Shown one piece after another: positions 14,243 through 23,322 of a stretch of DNA of 30,955 nucleotides (position 1 is the stretch's first letter; each line of letters begins with the position of its first letter). The stretch is from a virus (taxonomy: Duplodnaviria > Caudoviricetes), in the IMG/VR virus record IMGVR_UViG_3300031519_000140, positions 1 through 30,955 of that record. One strand, written 5' to 3'. The notes under the pieces are model-generated. The model made no database searches. It was not told where the DNA came from and saw only the letters and a program-made list of their open reading frames with translations. The position numbers and the translations under genes were made by a program.

Positions 14243-16636
14243 ATGGGAATCTATCGAGGTATAGGTGGTACGGGTGATTCTAACACCGATGCTACAATTA
14301 CAGAAGTAACAGAGAAAGCTGCTGAGGCAGGTAATTCTGCAACAGCTAGTGCCAACAGTGCCTCGGCAGCTTCTTCTTCTGCGTCAAGTGCTAGTACATC
14401 AGCTACTAATGCTAGTAATCAGGCAACTAATTCAGCCAACTCTGCTATAGCGAGTGCAAACTCTGCAACAGCAGCATCTGGGAGTGCTTCTACAGCTTCT
14501 AGTCAGGCAAGTACAGCAACTTCCTCAGCAGGGGGAGCAGCTACATCAGCTACCAACTCAGCCAACAGTGCAACAGCTAGTGCTAACTCAGCTACTGCAT
14601 CGTCTAACTCAGCTACTGCATCGGCTAACTCAGCCACAGCAGCAGCTAACTCAGCTACGGCAGCATCAGGTTCAGCGTCTACGGCAACCACTAAGGCATC
14701 AGAAGCAGCTACATCAGAAACCAATTCTGCCAACTCTGCAATAGCAGCTTCTGGTAGTGCTTCCACAGCTTCTACTCAAGCAGCATTAGCCACAACTAAC
14801 GGAGCAGCACAGGTTACTCTAGCTACTGAACAGGTAACTCTAGCTACTGCACAGAAAACTATAGCAACAACTAAAGCCTCAGAAGCCAGTACAAGTGCAT
14901 CCAATGCAGCAGCATCACTAGCCTCATTCACAGGTCAATACGTTTCACAAGCATCAGCCCCTAGTTCACCTAGCACTGGTGACTTATGGTTTGATACATC
15001 TTCAAGTACAATGAAAGTGTACAATGGATCTGGTTGGGTCAATGCTGGATCATCTGTTAATGGTACTGAAAACTCAGTACAGTACACAGCCACTGCTAAC
15101 CAGACTAGCTTCAATGCTGTCTATGATGCTGGCTATCTACAAGTTTATCTAAACGGAATACGCCTAGACACAGGAGACTACACAGCAACTAATGGTTCTA
15201 CAGTCGTACTAGATATAGGTGCAACTGCAAACGATGTAGTATTCATTCATAGCTTTGGTACATTTGCTTTAGCAGATCATTACACTAAAACACAATCAGA
15301 TGCTCGGTATGCTCAAGAGTCCTATGTAGATACTGAGGTTGCAGCAATGCTACCCAAAGCTGGTGGCGCACTTACTGGTGCAGTCACTACTAACTCAACT
15401 ATAGACGGAAGGGACGTAGCAGCAGACGGAGTATTAGCGACTAATGCTTTACCTAAGTCTGGCGGCACTATGACGGGAGATACTTTTCATGGTGATAACG
15501 TAGCAGCTAGGTTTGGTGCTGGCAATGATTTGTCAATAAATCATACTGGTAGTTACTCTTCAATAGTTGACAGTGGCACAGGAGATTTATGGATTGCAGC
15601 CGATGCTAATGTCAATATAGCTAACGCAGCTTTAAATGAGTACAAAGCACAATTTATAAGCAATGGTGCTGTAAACCTTTACCATGACAATGTAGCAAAG
15701 TTTTCCACCACATCCACAGGTGTTGCCATAACGGGCGGTGGCACTATGACGGGTGCATTATTTATAGCCTCCCCTAACCAAGCTACAGGTGGAAGTGCGC
15801 TTCAAATACGCCAAGGCAATAATACGCCCTATGGTATTGACATGGGCATCAGTCAAACCACAGGTGATCTTAATATATCCAAAGTTAATAATGGCACTTC
15901 TACGCACATGATGACGTTAGGGAGATACTCAGGCAACGTGGGCATTAACACTGCCTCGCCAACAGCCAAGTTGCACATTGTTGGCGCAAATGCATCAGCC
16001 GCAGTTAAAATAATTGGTGGTGCTACCAATGGTTATTATAATCTTGAGATTCAAAATAACACAAGTAATGGCTATGGTGTTGGATTTAAAGATGGTGGTT
16101 CTATTGTTGGAAGTATTATGACATCTGGTGTAGGTACAGCCTACAACACATCATCAGACTACCGACTAAAGACTGACGTTCAGCCTATGACGGGAGCAGC
16201 AGATAGAGTTAAATTGCTAAAGCCTTGTAACTTTGAGTGGATTTCAGACGGAACTAGAGTAGATGGTTTCTTGGCACATGAGGCGCAAGAGGTAGTGCCA
16301 GAAGCAGTACATGGCACTAAAGATGCCATGCGTGATGAAGAGTATGAAGTGAATCCAGCTACGGGTGATATGTTTACCCCTTCCATAGATGCCTACGTTG
16401 ACGCTGATGAGAATGAAGTGGAAGCAGTAGCCGAAGTAATCCACAGCACAGACGTTGAGCAACCTGAGACTTTACAAGAAAGCCAGCAATGGCGTGAGAC
16501 TACAGCAGCAGTCATGGGTACACGCTCTGTTCCAGATATGCAGGGCATTGACCAAGCTAAACTTGTGCCACTATTAACAGCAACCATACAAGAGTTAATT
16601 GCTCGTATTGAAGCATTGGAAGGAGCAGCACCATGA
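14243..16636 (+). CDS. tail fibre 1 with C-terminal peptidase S74-type chaperone
   Basis: Ala/Ser/Thr heptad repeats, GDLWFDT, GNVGINT, SDYRLK cleavage motif, GFLAHE, terminal coiled coil. Confidence 0.85.
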   Translation: MGIYRGIGGTGDSNTDATITEVTEKAAEAGNSATASANSASAASSSASSASTSATNASNQATNSANSAIASANSATAASGSASTASSQASTATSSAGGAATSATNSANSATASANSATASSNSATASANSATAAANSATAASGSASTATTKASEAATSETNSANSAIAASGSASTASTQAALATTNGAAQVTLATEQVTLATAQKTIATTKASEASTSASNAAASLASFTGQYVSQASAPSSPSTGDLWFDTSSSTMKVYNGSGWVNAGSSVNGTENSVQYTATANQTSFNAVYDAGYLQVYLNGIRLDTGDYTATNGSTVVLDIGATANDVVFIHSFGTFALADHYTKTQSDARYAQESYVDTEVAAMLPKAGGALTGAVTTNSTIDGRDVAADGVLATNALPKSGGTMTGDTFHGDNVAARFGAGNDLSINHTGSYSSIVDSGTGDLWIAADANVNIANAALNEYKAQFISNGAVNLYHDNVAKFSTTSTGVAITGGGTMTGALFIASPNQATGGSALQIRQGNNTPYGIDMGISQTTGDLNISKVNNGTSTHMMTLGRYSGNVGINTASPTAKLHIVGANASAAVKIIGGATNGYYNLEIQNNTSNGYGVGFKDGGSIVGSIMTSGVGTAYNTSSDYRLKTDVQPMTGAADRVKLLKPCNFEWISDGTRVDGFLAHEAQEVVPEAVHGTKDAMRDEEYEVNPATGDMFTPSIDAYVDADENEVEAVAEVIHSTDVEQPETLQESQQWRETTAAVMGTRSVPDMQGIDQAKLVPLLTATIQELIARIEALEGAAP
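14320..14920 (+). repeat. degenerate 21-bp (7-aa SATASAN-type) tandem coding repeats
   Basis: Recurring AACTCAGCTACTGCATCG-like units; boundaries approximate. Confidence 0.8.
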
Positions 16637-18561
16637 GTAAGTCAAGAGATTCAGTAGAAGACCTACGGACGATAGACACAGTAACTGCTACGGCTAACGC
16701 TGCATTGCCTAAAGCTGGTGGAGCCTTAACTGGAGCCGTGACAACCAACAGTACCTTTGATGGTGTAGACATTGCTACCAGAGACGGTGTACTTACTTCT
16801 ACTACAGCTACCGCAGCAGCAGCATTACCCAAAGCTGGCGGTACTATGACAGGTAATCTAGCCACAGCAGGTATCACCAGCGTCACGCTAGGATCAGGTA
16901 ACTTTGTAGCTGGCTCTACGGCTGGTGATTCTATTGTTTCTGGGGGTAATTACAATACTCTAATAGGTGATGAAGCTGGTACTGCTGTTACTACGGGTGA
17001 TTATAATGTTGCACTAGGCTACCAAACTCTAAAATATAACACTACAGCTTCTAATAATACTGCTATTGGTCACGCAGCTTTATTGTTAAACACTACAGGT
17101 AGTAACAATACTGCTTCTGGTTATTACTCTTTACTTGCTAACACCACTGGTACTAGCAACGTAGCTACTGGTATGAACGCTTTAGCTAACAACACTACAG
17201 GTGCTTCCAACGTAGCTGTTGGTGAGGGTGCTTTAACCGCAAATACTACAGCAAGTAACAACACTGCTATTGGTTTGTCTGCTCTGCGAAGTAACACTAC
17301 AGGGGCAGAAAACACTGCTGTTGGCAGGAGTAGTTTATATTTCAACACCACAGGTGCTAACAATATAGCAGTTGGTTCATACGCTCTGTCATTAAACACC
17401 ACAGCAAGCTACAACGCTGCTGTTGGCTATGAGGCTTTAAGTGCAAATACCACAGGCACTAGCAATACGGCTGTAGGTTTTACTGCTTTAAAGGCTAACA
17501 CTACAGCAATTAGTAACACTGCTGTTGGTAGTCAAGCCCTAACGTCCAACACCACAGGTTCTAACAACACTGGCATTGGTAGGTCTGCTTTATTAGTTAA
17601 CACTACGGGGGAAAATAACGTTTCTGTCGGAATGAATAGTATGATCAGCAACACCACAGGCGATGAAAATGCCGTATTGGGTTATAACGCACTATACTAC
17701 AACACGACAGGTGCTAACAACGTAGCTGTTGGTAAGGGTGCTTTAACACAAAACACCACAGCATCTAACAATACAGCAGTTGGCACAGAGACTTTAGCAG
17801 CTAACACTACAGGTTTTAACAACGTAGCCGTTGGTTATAATTCTTTACTATCCAGCACTACAGGTCAATACAATACTGCGGTTGGTAATGAAACATTAAG
17901 AGATAATATTACTGGGCAGCAGAATACGGCAGTTGGTTGGAATTCTATGCTAGAGAATACTACAGGAAATTTTAACACTGGATGTGGAATGTACTCTGGA
18001 TATACTAATACTACAGGTATACGTAATACATTCTTAGGTTATCAAGCTATAGGTAATGCGGTTGGAACTAATAACCAAAATGTAATTGGTTACAACGTAA
18101 ATAGTGTTGGTGCTGACTACACAACAATCGGTATTGGCACTACCCGATCATATATCGGTACTGGTGGAACATCGTGGACAGGCACTTCTGACTCACGCTT
18201 AAAAGACAACATCACAACGTCTACTGCTGGTCTATCTTTTATTAATGACCTACGCCCTATAACTTTTGAGTGGAAAGCCAAAGGTGATGTACCTTCTGAA
18301 TTAAATTATTACGAGGAAGGTTCCACAGAAAGAGTTAATGATACAGATAAAGTACAACATGGCTTTCTTGCTCAAGAGATTAAAGCAACCATTGATGCAC
18401 ACCCTGAGATTAAGAGTGGACATGGTATGTGGATGGAGCAAGGTGATGGTACGCAAGGAGTAGCACAAGGTCAGTTAGTACCAATGCTAGTAAAAGCAAT
18501 ACAAGAATTATCAACCCAAAACGCAGCACTTGCTGCACGTTTAACAGCACTAGAGGCATAA
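16633..18561 (+). CDS. tail fibre 2 with 14-aa NTAVG repeats and S74-type chaperone
   Basis: More than 20 NxAVGxxALxxNTT repeats; SDSRLKDNI, HGFLAQE. Confidence 0.85.
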   Translation: MSKSRDSVEDLRTIDTVTATANAALPKAGGALTGAVTTNSTFDGVDIATRDGVLTSTTATAAAALPKAGGTMTGNLATAGITSVTLGSGNFVAGSTAGDSIVSGGNYNTLIGDEAGTAVTTGDYNVALGYQTLKYNTTASNNTAIGHAALLLNTTGSNNTASGYYSLLANTTGTSNVATGMNALANNTTGASNVAVGEGALTANTTASNNTAIGLSALRSNTTGAENTAVGRSSLYFNTTGANNIAVGSYALSLNTTASYNAAVGYEALSANTTGTSNTAVGFTALKANTTAISNTAVGSQALTSNTTGSNNTGIGRSALLVNTTGENNVSVGMNSMISNTTGDENAVLGYNALYYNTTGANNVAVGKGALTQNTTASNNTAVGTETLAANTTGFNNVAVGYNSLLSSTTGQYNTAVGNETLRDNITGQQNTAVGWNSMLENTTGNFNTGCGMYSGYTNTTGIRNTFLGYQAIGNAVGTNNQNVIGYNVNSVGADYTTIGIGTTRSYIGTGGTSWTGTSDSRLKDNITTSTAGLSFINDLRPITFEWKAKGDVPSELNYYEEGSTERVNDTDKVQHGFLAQEIKATIDAHPEIKSGHGMWMEQGDGTQGVAQGQLVPMLVKAIQELSTQNAALAARLTALEA

Positions 18562-18565
18562 AAAG

Positions 18566-18775
18566 ATGGATGAATTAACAGTAGAACAAATCGCAGCACA
18601 TTACTCGGCTTGTGGTGATTCAGTAGCATTAATCAATGGCAGTCAGCCAGAAGGTATGTCCGATGAAGATTGGGCAGACTGTGTAGCACGTAACAAAGAG
18701 CATCTTGTTCTTATGATTGCTAAAGATTATTGGACTGATGAAGACATGACTGCTATGACAGCAGCCGCAGCTTAG
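18566..18775 (+). CDS. small acidic protein, possibly fibre-associated (69 aa)
   Basis: GAGG RBS; follows fibre 2. Confidence 0.7.
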   Translation: MDELTVEQIAAHYSACGDSVALINGSQPEGMSDEDWADCVARNKEHLVLMIAKDYWTDEDMTAMTAAAA

Positions 18776-18784
18776 GAGAATAGT

Positions 18785-18850
18785 ATGGCATACGGAACTA
18801 AGATGGTGTCACCACCAAAGAAGGGAAAGAAAAAGAAGACTAAAAAATAA
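18785..18850 (+). CDS. 21-aa lysine-rich micropeptide
   Basis: Manual ORF MAYGTKMVSPPKKGKKKKTKK; AGGAGA RBS; TAATG overlap with next gene. Confidence 0.65.
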   Translation: MAYGTKMVSPPKKGKKKKTKK

Positions 18851-19080
18851 TGTATGCTCTTGTAGTAGCTACTATGCTCTCTGTAAGTACAGAACCTGCA
18901 ATGCCTGTTATGGTATCTAGTTATTCAACTCTTAAGAGATGTAGATTAGAGTTACTAATAGTAGCTAAAGAGTTAGAGTATGCGTTAGTTACGAGTCCTC
19001 TTCTAGGCTATGCGGCTCAGAAAGAAACTGAGGATAAGACCACGATAGCATTCTGTGTAAAAAACATTGAGAGTATATAA
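18850..19080 (+). CDS. small exported protein with two Cys (76 aa)
   Basis: Hydrophobic N-terminus; TAATG coupling on both sides. Confidence 0.7.
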   Translation: MYALVVATMLSVSTEPAMPVMVSSYSTLKRCRLELLIVAKELEYALVTSPLLGYAAQKETEDKTTIAFCVKNIESI

Positions 19081-19262
19081 TGAACTCTAGTCCTTTAGAG
19101 ATATACCCAATTCATGTATCGCCTACTCTTGCTCCTATAGGGCAGGGTTTACTTATTGAACCATCTGTCAACAGGGTTAATGCTGAGTACCTAGTAGTTC
19201 AACCATCAAGAGAACCATATGGTGTACCACAAGAATATACAAAGAGGGTCTGGGTATGTTAG
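19080..19262 (+). CDS. hypothetical protein (60 aa)
   Basis: TAATG coupling. Confidence 0.6.
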   Translation: MNSSPLEIYPIHVSPTLAPIGQGLLIEPSVNRVNAEYLVVQPSREPYGVPQEYTKRVWVC

Positions 19263-19678
19263 CAGAACTGGCTATTGCGAATGCTGCCTTTGCAGTTATA
19301 AAACAAACTCTTTCTAATGGCAAAGAGATTGCTGATGCTGGATCTGCTGTAACTAAATACTTTAGTGCAAGTCAGTCTATACAGCAGAAAGCTGCTATTG
19401 GTACAGGTGATGTACTAGGTGCTTACCAAGCAAAACAAGCTATAGAGAGGCAGGAGAAAGAACTAGAGTTTATGCTCAACAAGCAGTCTATTCAAGGATA
19501 CTATAAGTATTGTCAGTTTAGAGATGAGTTTCATAATAAACAAAAAGCACAGGTTAAGAAACAGAAAGCACAGGCCAAGGAAGTTAAAGAGACTATGGTA
19601 ATGGCAGGGCAGGTTCTAGGAATCCTTGTGACTATCCTAGCTGCTTTCTTTGGCGTAGTCATGTATCTTAAATATTAA
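19256..19678 (+). CDS. membrane-anchored protein (140 aa)
   Basis: C-terminal TM helix VLGILVTILAAFFGVVMYL. Confidence 0.75.
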   Translation: MLAELAIANAAFAVIKQTLSNGKEIADAGSAVTKYFSASQSIQQKAAIGTGDVLGAYQAKQAIERQEKELEFMLNKQSIQGYYKYCQFRDEFHNKQKAQVKKQKAQAKEVKETMVMAGQVLGILVTILAAFFGVVMYLKY

Positions 19679-19680
19679 AT

Positions 19681-19857
19681 ATGAGTGATCCTAAATTGAC
19701 AGAACTAGAGAAAGATGAGATAGCTGAGTTAGCTGCACAGAAAGCGTATGATCGTTTCTACCTTGCAGTGGGTAAGTCGGTTGTTAAGAAGTTAATGTGG
19801 ATTGTAGGAGCAAGTGCATTCGCTTGTTGGTTATACTTTCAAGAGGGTACATTCTAA
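19681..19857 (+). CDS. small single-TM protein (58 aa)
   Basis: Manual ORF MSDPKLTELEKDEIAELAAQKAYDRFYLAVGKSVVKKLMWIVGASAFACWLYFQEGTF; TAATG overlap with next gene. Confidence 0.75.
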   Translation: MSDPKLTELEKDEIAELAAQKAYDRFYLAVGKSVVKKLMWIVGASAFACWLYFQEGTF

Positions 19858-20138
19858 TGCCAGACGCTAAACTAACTAAGCTAGGTCTAACAGCCTACAA
19901 CAAACCTAAGCGTACACCTAACCATCCTAAGAAGTCTCATGTGGTGGTAGCTAAAGAAGGTGGAGTAACTAAGACTATTCGCTTTGGTGAGCAAGGTGCT
20001 AGTACAGCAGGTAAGCCCAAGGCTGGTGAGAGTGATAAGATGAAAGCCAAGCGTAAGTCATTCAAGGCTAGGCATGGTAAGAACATTGCTAAGGGTAAGA
20101 TGTCTGCGGCATATTGGGCTAATAGGGAAAAATGGTGA
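19857..20138 (+). CDS. basic protein (93 aa) with TIRFG...SFKARH...SAAYW motif
   Basis: Start moved to ATG 19857; motif recalled from marine phage and algal virus proteins. Confidence 0.75.
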   Translation: MPDAKLTKLGLTAYNKPKRTPNHPKKSHVVVAKEGGVTKTIRFGEQGASTAGKPKAGESDKMKAKRKSFKARHGKNIAKGKMSAAYWANREKW

Positions 20139-20317
20139 TGGCTAAAGCTAAATCAAAAGTTAACGAAGCTGGTAACTACACCAAGCCTACTATGCGTAAG
20201 ACTCTTTTTAAAAAGATCAAGTCAGGAACTAAGGGTGGTAAGGCTGGTCAATGGTCAGCACGTAAAGCACAGCTTCTAGCTACGCAGTACAAGAAAGCTG
20301 GTGGAGGTTACAAGTAA
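20138..20317 (+). CDS. basic protein, DUF5872-like N-terminal half
   Basis: GGKAGQWSARKAQLLATQYKKAGGGY motif; TGATG coupling. Confidence 0.7.
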   Translation: MAKAKSKVNEAGNYTKPTMRKTLFKKIKSGTKGGKAGQWSARKAQLLATQYKKAGGGYK

Positions 20318-20559
20318 TGAAAGCATCACAGAAGTCTCTCAAGAACTGGACTAAGGAGAAGTGGGGAACTAAAAGTGGTAAGCCTAGTGCTAAGACAGGT
20401 GAGCGTTACTTACCTAAAGCAGCTAGAGATGCCCTTAGTGCTAAAGAGTATGCCGCCACTACAGCAGCAAAGAAGAAAGGTACAAAGGCAGGTAAGCAGT
20501 TTGTAAAGCAGCCTAAGAAAATAGCAAAAAAGACAGCTAAGTATAGATCAAAAAAGTAG
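20317..20559 (+). CDS. basic protein, DUF5872-like C-terminal half
   Basis: QKSLKNWTKEKW...RYLPK...GKQFV motif; TAATG coupling. Confidence 0.7.
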   Translation: MKASQKSLKNWTKEKWGTKSGKPSAKTGERYLPKAARDALSAKEYAATTAAKKKGTKAGKQFVKQPKKIAKKTAKYRSKK

Positions 20560-20567
20560 AGGTTATT

Positions 20568-20702
20568 ATGAAAGGTGTTAAACATTACTTACCAAATGGT
20601 AAGGAGTATACAGGTAAGACTCACAAGACTAATGGTAAACTTATGACGGGTGCAAAGCATACTGCCTCTAGTAAAACTCTAACTCACAAGAAGAAGAAGT
20701 AA
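20568..20702 (+). CDS. 44-aa Lys/His-rich basic protein
   Basis: Manual ORF MKGVKHYLPNGKEYTGKTHKTNGKLMTGAKHTASSKTLTHKKKK; GAGGT RBS; TAATG overlap. Confidence 0.75.
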   Translation: MKGVKHYLPNGKEYTGKTHKTNGKLMTGAKHTASSKTLTHKKKK

Positions 20703-21136
20703 TGTTTGGTATGCCGATAGAAGTTATCACATTGCTGTTAAGCGTCCTAGGAGGTGCTGTAATGAAGATGTGGGCGCAGGCACAGAAGGATAAGGCTGAC
20801 CAGCAAAAGATGCTCATGCAGCAATTCTCGGCCTCTGAGGACAGTGTAGCAGCAGCTAGGGCATACGATACTCCTAATGCGCAATGGATCAGGAGATTCC
20901 TAGTGGTGTCCTTCATGGGCATGGCGATGTTTATTCTTATTGCTCCTATCTTAAACCTACCAACAGTAGTACCAGTAGAAGTAACGAGTGGATTTAAACT
21001 TTTATTCTTTGACTTTACTACAACAGTAACAGAGTGGAGAACACTAGAGGGTATGGTTACTCCTGAGTGGCTACCTCATGCAATCATGTCAGTTGTTGGT
21101 ATGTACTTTGGTCAATCAATTGTAGCAAGAAAATAG
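20702..21136 (+). CDS. three-TM membrane protein, putative holin
   Basis: Three hydrophobic segments; WIRR and YFG motifs like 3-TM holins. Confidence 0.5.
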   Translation: MFGMPIEVITLLLSVLGGAVMKMWAQAQKDKADQQKMLMQQFSASEDSVAAARAYDTPNAQWIRRFLVVSFMGMAMFILIAPILNLPTVVPVEVTSGFKLLFFDFTTTVTEWRTLEGMVTPEWLPHAIMSVVGMYFGQSIVARK

Positions 21137-21140
21137 TCTC

Positions 21141-21169
21141 TTGACTTTTAAACAAAAATATGGTATAAT
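21141..21169 (+). promoter_or_regulatory. sigma70 promoter at tail block
   Basis: TTGACT-17bp-TATAAT with extended -10 TG. Confidence 0.75.
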
Positions 21170-21172
21170 CCT

Positions 21173-21820
21173 ATGAATTACTTAGCAGCAATCAACTCAG
21201 TTCTTGTACGTCTACGAGAACGACAAGTAGAATCTATTAATGAGAATGAATATTCATCTCTTATAGCTACTCTTATCAATGATTCAATTCAAGAAGTAGA
21301 ACAAGCATGGGATTGGTCAGCCTTACGTAATAGTCTAACTGTTACCACTTCTAATGGTATTTTCAATTACGAATTAAATGGTGCTAAGAACGATGTTAAA
21401 GTTCTAAGTGTTGTTAACGCAACAACTCAAAGTGATGTTGATTATCAGACTGCGAATTGGTTTAATGATAGATACCTGACACCATCCCCTGCAACTGGCT
21501 CCCCTAGCTACTGGTCTTTCAATGGTGTAGGCACTGATGGGGATACGCTTATTGATTTATACCCTAAGCCTGATGGTGTTTACGAAGTTAGGTTTAATGT
21601 TGTTAAAAGATCAGAAGACCTCGTAGCAGAGGCAGATAGAATATACTGTCCTCATCGTCCTATCGTTCTGTTAGCCTACGCTAAGGCTGTGGAAGAGAGG
21701 GGTGAAGATAATGGACAGACAGGTAACACTGCATACATGGCAGCTAACAACTCATTATCTAACGCAATAGCATTAGATGCGTCAAAGCATCCAGAAGAGA
21801 CTATATGGTATAATGTATGA
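21173..21820 (+). CDS. tail tubular/adaptor protein (T7 gp11-like)
   Basis: MNYLAAINSVLVRLRE start, WDWS, LYPKPD; size and position. Confidence 0.7.
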   Translation: MNYLAAINSVLVRLRERQVESINENEYSSLIATLINDSIQEVEQAWDWSALRNSLTVTTSNGIFNYELNGAKNDVKVLSVVNATTQSDVDYQTANWFNDRYLTPSPATGSPSYWSFNGVGTDGDTLIDLYPKPDGVYEVRFNVVKRSEDLVAEADRIYCPHRPIVLLAYAKAVEERGEDNGQTGNTAYMAANNSLSNAIALDASKHPEETIWYNV

Positions 21821-23322
21821 AACAATTAGTTAGTTCTTCCATTGCAGCCCCTGGATTTTATGGGTTAAACACTCAGGAAAGTAGCATTACTTTAGCTAGT
21901 GGCTACGCATTACAAGCAGACAACTGCATTATAGACTCTGAGGGTAGACTAGGTGCTAGAGAGGGACATGTATATCAGACTACTTCTGGTGGTACATCTT
22001 CTTCTATTGTAGGTATGCACGACTATGTAGGTTCTACTGGACACCTTGATTATATTACTTGGGGTAATGGTAAAATCTACCGAGGTCTTGGTACACTCAC
22101 TGCTATATCTACAGGACATGGTACTGATAATGATTGGCAAGCTGCTTCATTAGGAGGATCGGTCTACCTAGCACAAGCAGGTAAAGCTATGCTTAAAGTA
22201 GACTCTAACTTTGCAGTGACAACTCATGCAACAACATCTGCTAACCTACAGTTCTCTTTTGTAACTTCTGCTTATGGTAGATTGTGGGCTGGTGGCACTG
22301 CTACAGATAAGTACACATTGTATGGGTCTGACTTACTTACTGGAGCATTTCATGGGGGGTCTACTCTAACCTTAGACCTGAGAAAAGTATGGACTAATGG
22401 TGGTGACGAGATTGTTAGTGTTGCTGGATTTAACGGACGCATCATTGTATTCTGTAAACGATGTATTGTAATCCTTGGTGATAATAATAACTCAGATTTA
22501 ACTATCGCTGCTACCCAATTAAATGTAGTGGAGATACTAGAGAATGTAGGATGTGTGTCTAAGAAGTCCGTACAGGCCGTAGGAGACGACATCTACTTCC
22601 TAGCTAACTCAGGGTTACGGTCTTTGAATCGTGTCATACAAGAGAAATCTAACCCCTTAGCAGACCTGTCTGTTAACATACGTGATGATCTAGTAAAGAT
22701 TATTAATACATACTCTACTGAAAATGTAACTGCAATCTATTCAGCAGCTAATGCTTTCTACTTATTACTGTTCCCTAGTTCTAAACTTATCTATTGTTTT
22801 GATACTAGAGGTAGACTAGAGAATGGTGGACTACGAGTAACTAAGTGGGTGGACACTGATATACTAAGTGGTCTAGCTGCTTTCGATGGTACTCTTTATC
22901 TAGGATTAGTTAATGGAATAGCTAAGTATAGTGGATTTCAAGACAATGGAACATCTTACTACATGGCCTACAGTACAAACTACTTTGACTTTGATCAGCC
23001 TACAGTTAATAAAATATTAAAGATTGTAGGTGTAACTGTTATAGGCGGTAGTGGTCAGAACTTTGTTGTTAAGGTAGGTACTGATTACACTGATCAACCT
23101 AGATCCTATAATAGAACAATTAAACAAAGTGCTGTGTCTGAGTACGATGTTGCTGAGTATAACATTGCAGAGTTTACAGGTGGTGGTTTAACAGATCGTA
23201 TTAAGGTTGCAGTAGGTGGTCAGGGGAGTGTAATTCAATTAGGATTTGAGGCTTACATTAATGGTGATCAATTATCAATTCAAAAGTTTGACGTTTATGT
23301 TAAACAAGGTAGAACTAACTAA
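21817..23322 (+). CDS. tail nozzle/stabilisation protein (T7 gp12 or P22 gp10-like)
   Basis: 501-aa beta-rich protein; GRLW, VGCVS and IYFL motifs; follows the adaptor. Confidence 0.7.
   Translation: MKQLVSSSIAAPGFYGLNTQESSITLASGYALQADNCIIDSEGRLGAREGHVYQTTSGGTSSSIVGMHDYVGSTGHLDYITWGNGKIYRGLGTLTAISTGHGTDNDWQAASLGGSVYLAQAGKAMLKVDSNFAVTTHATTSANLQFSFVTSAYGRLWAGGTATDKYTLYGSDLLTGAFHGGSTLTLDLRKVWTNGGDEIVSVAGFNGRIIVFCKRCIVILGDNNNSDLTIAATQLNVVEILENVGCVSKKSVQAVGDDIYFLANSGLRSLNRVIQEKSNPLADLSVNIRDDLVKIINTYSTENVTAIYSAANAFYLLLFPSSKLIYCFDTRGRLENGGLRVTKWVDTDILSGLAAFDGTLYLGLVNGIAKYSGFQDNGTSYYMAYSTNYFDFDQPTVNKILKIVGVTVIGGSGQNFVVKVGTDYTDQPRSYNRTIKQSAVSEYDVAEYNIAEFTGGGLTDRIKVAVGGQGSVIQLGFEAYINGDQLSIQKFDVYVKQGRTN

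Noticed and set aside
16950-18060. Diversity-generating retroelement or ice-nucleation repeats in fibre 2
   Set aside because: No reverse transcriptase or adenine-specific template/variable pair; the 14-aa NTAVG repeats are ordinary fibre/adhesin solenoid repeats.
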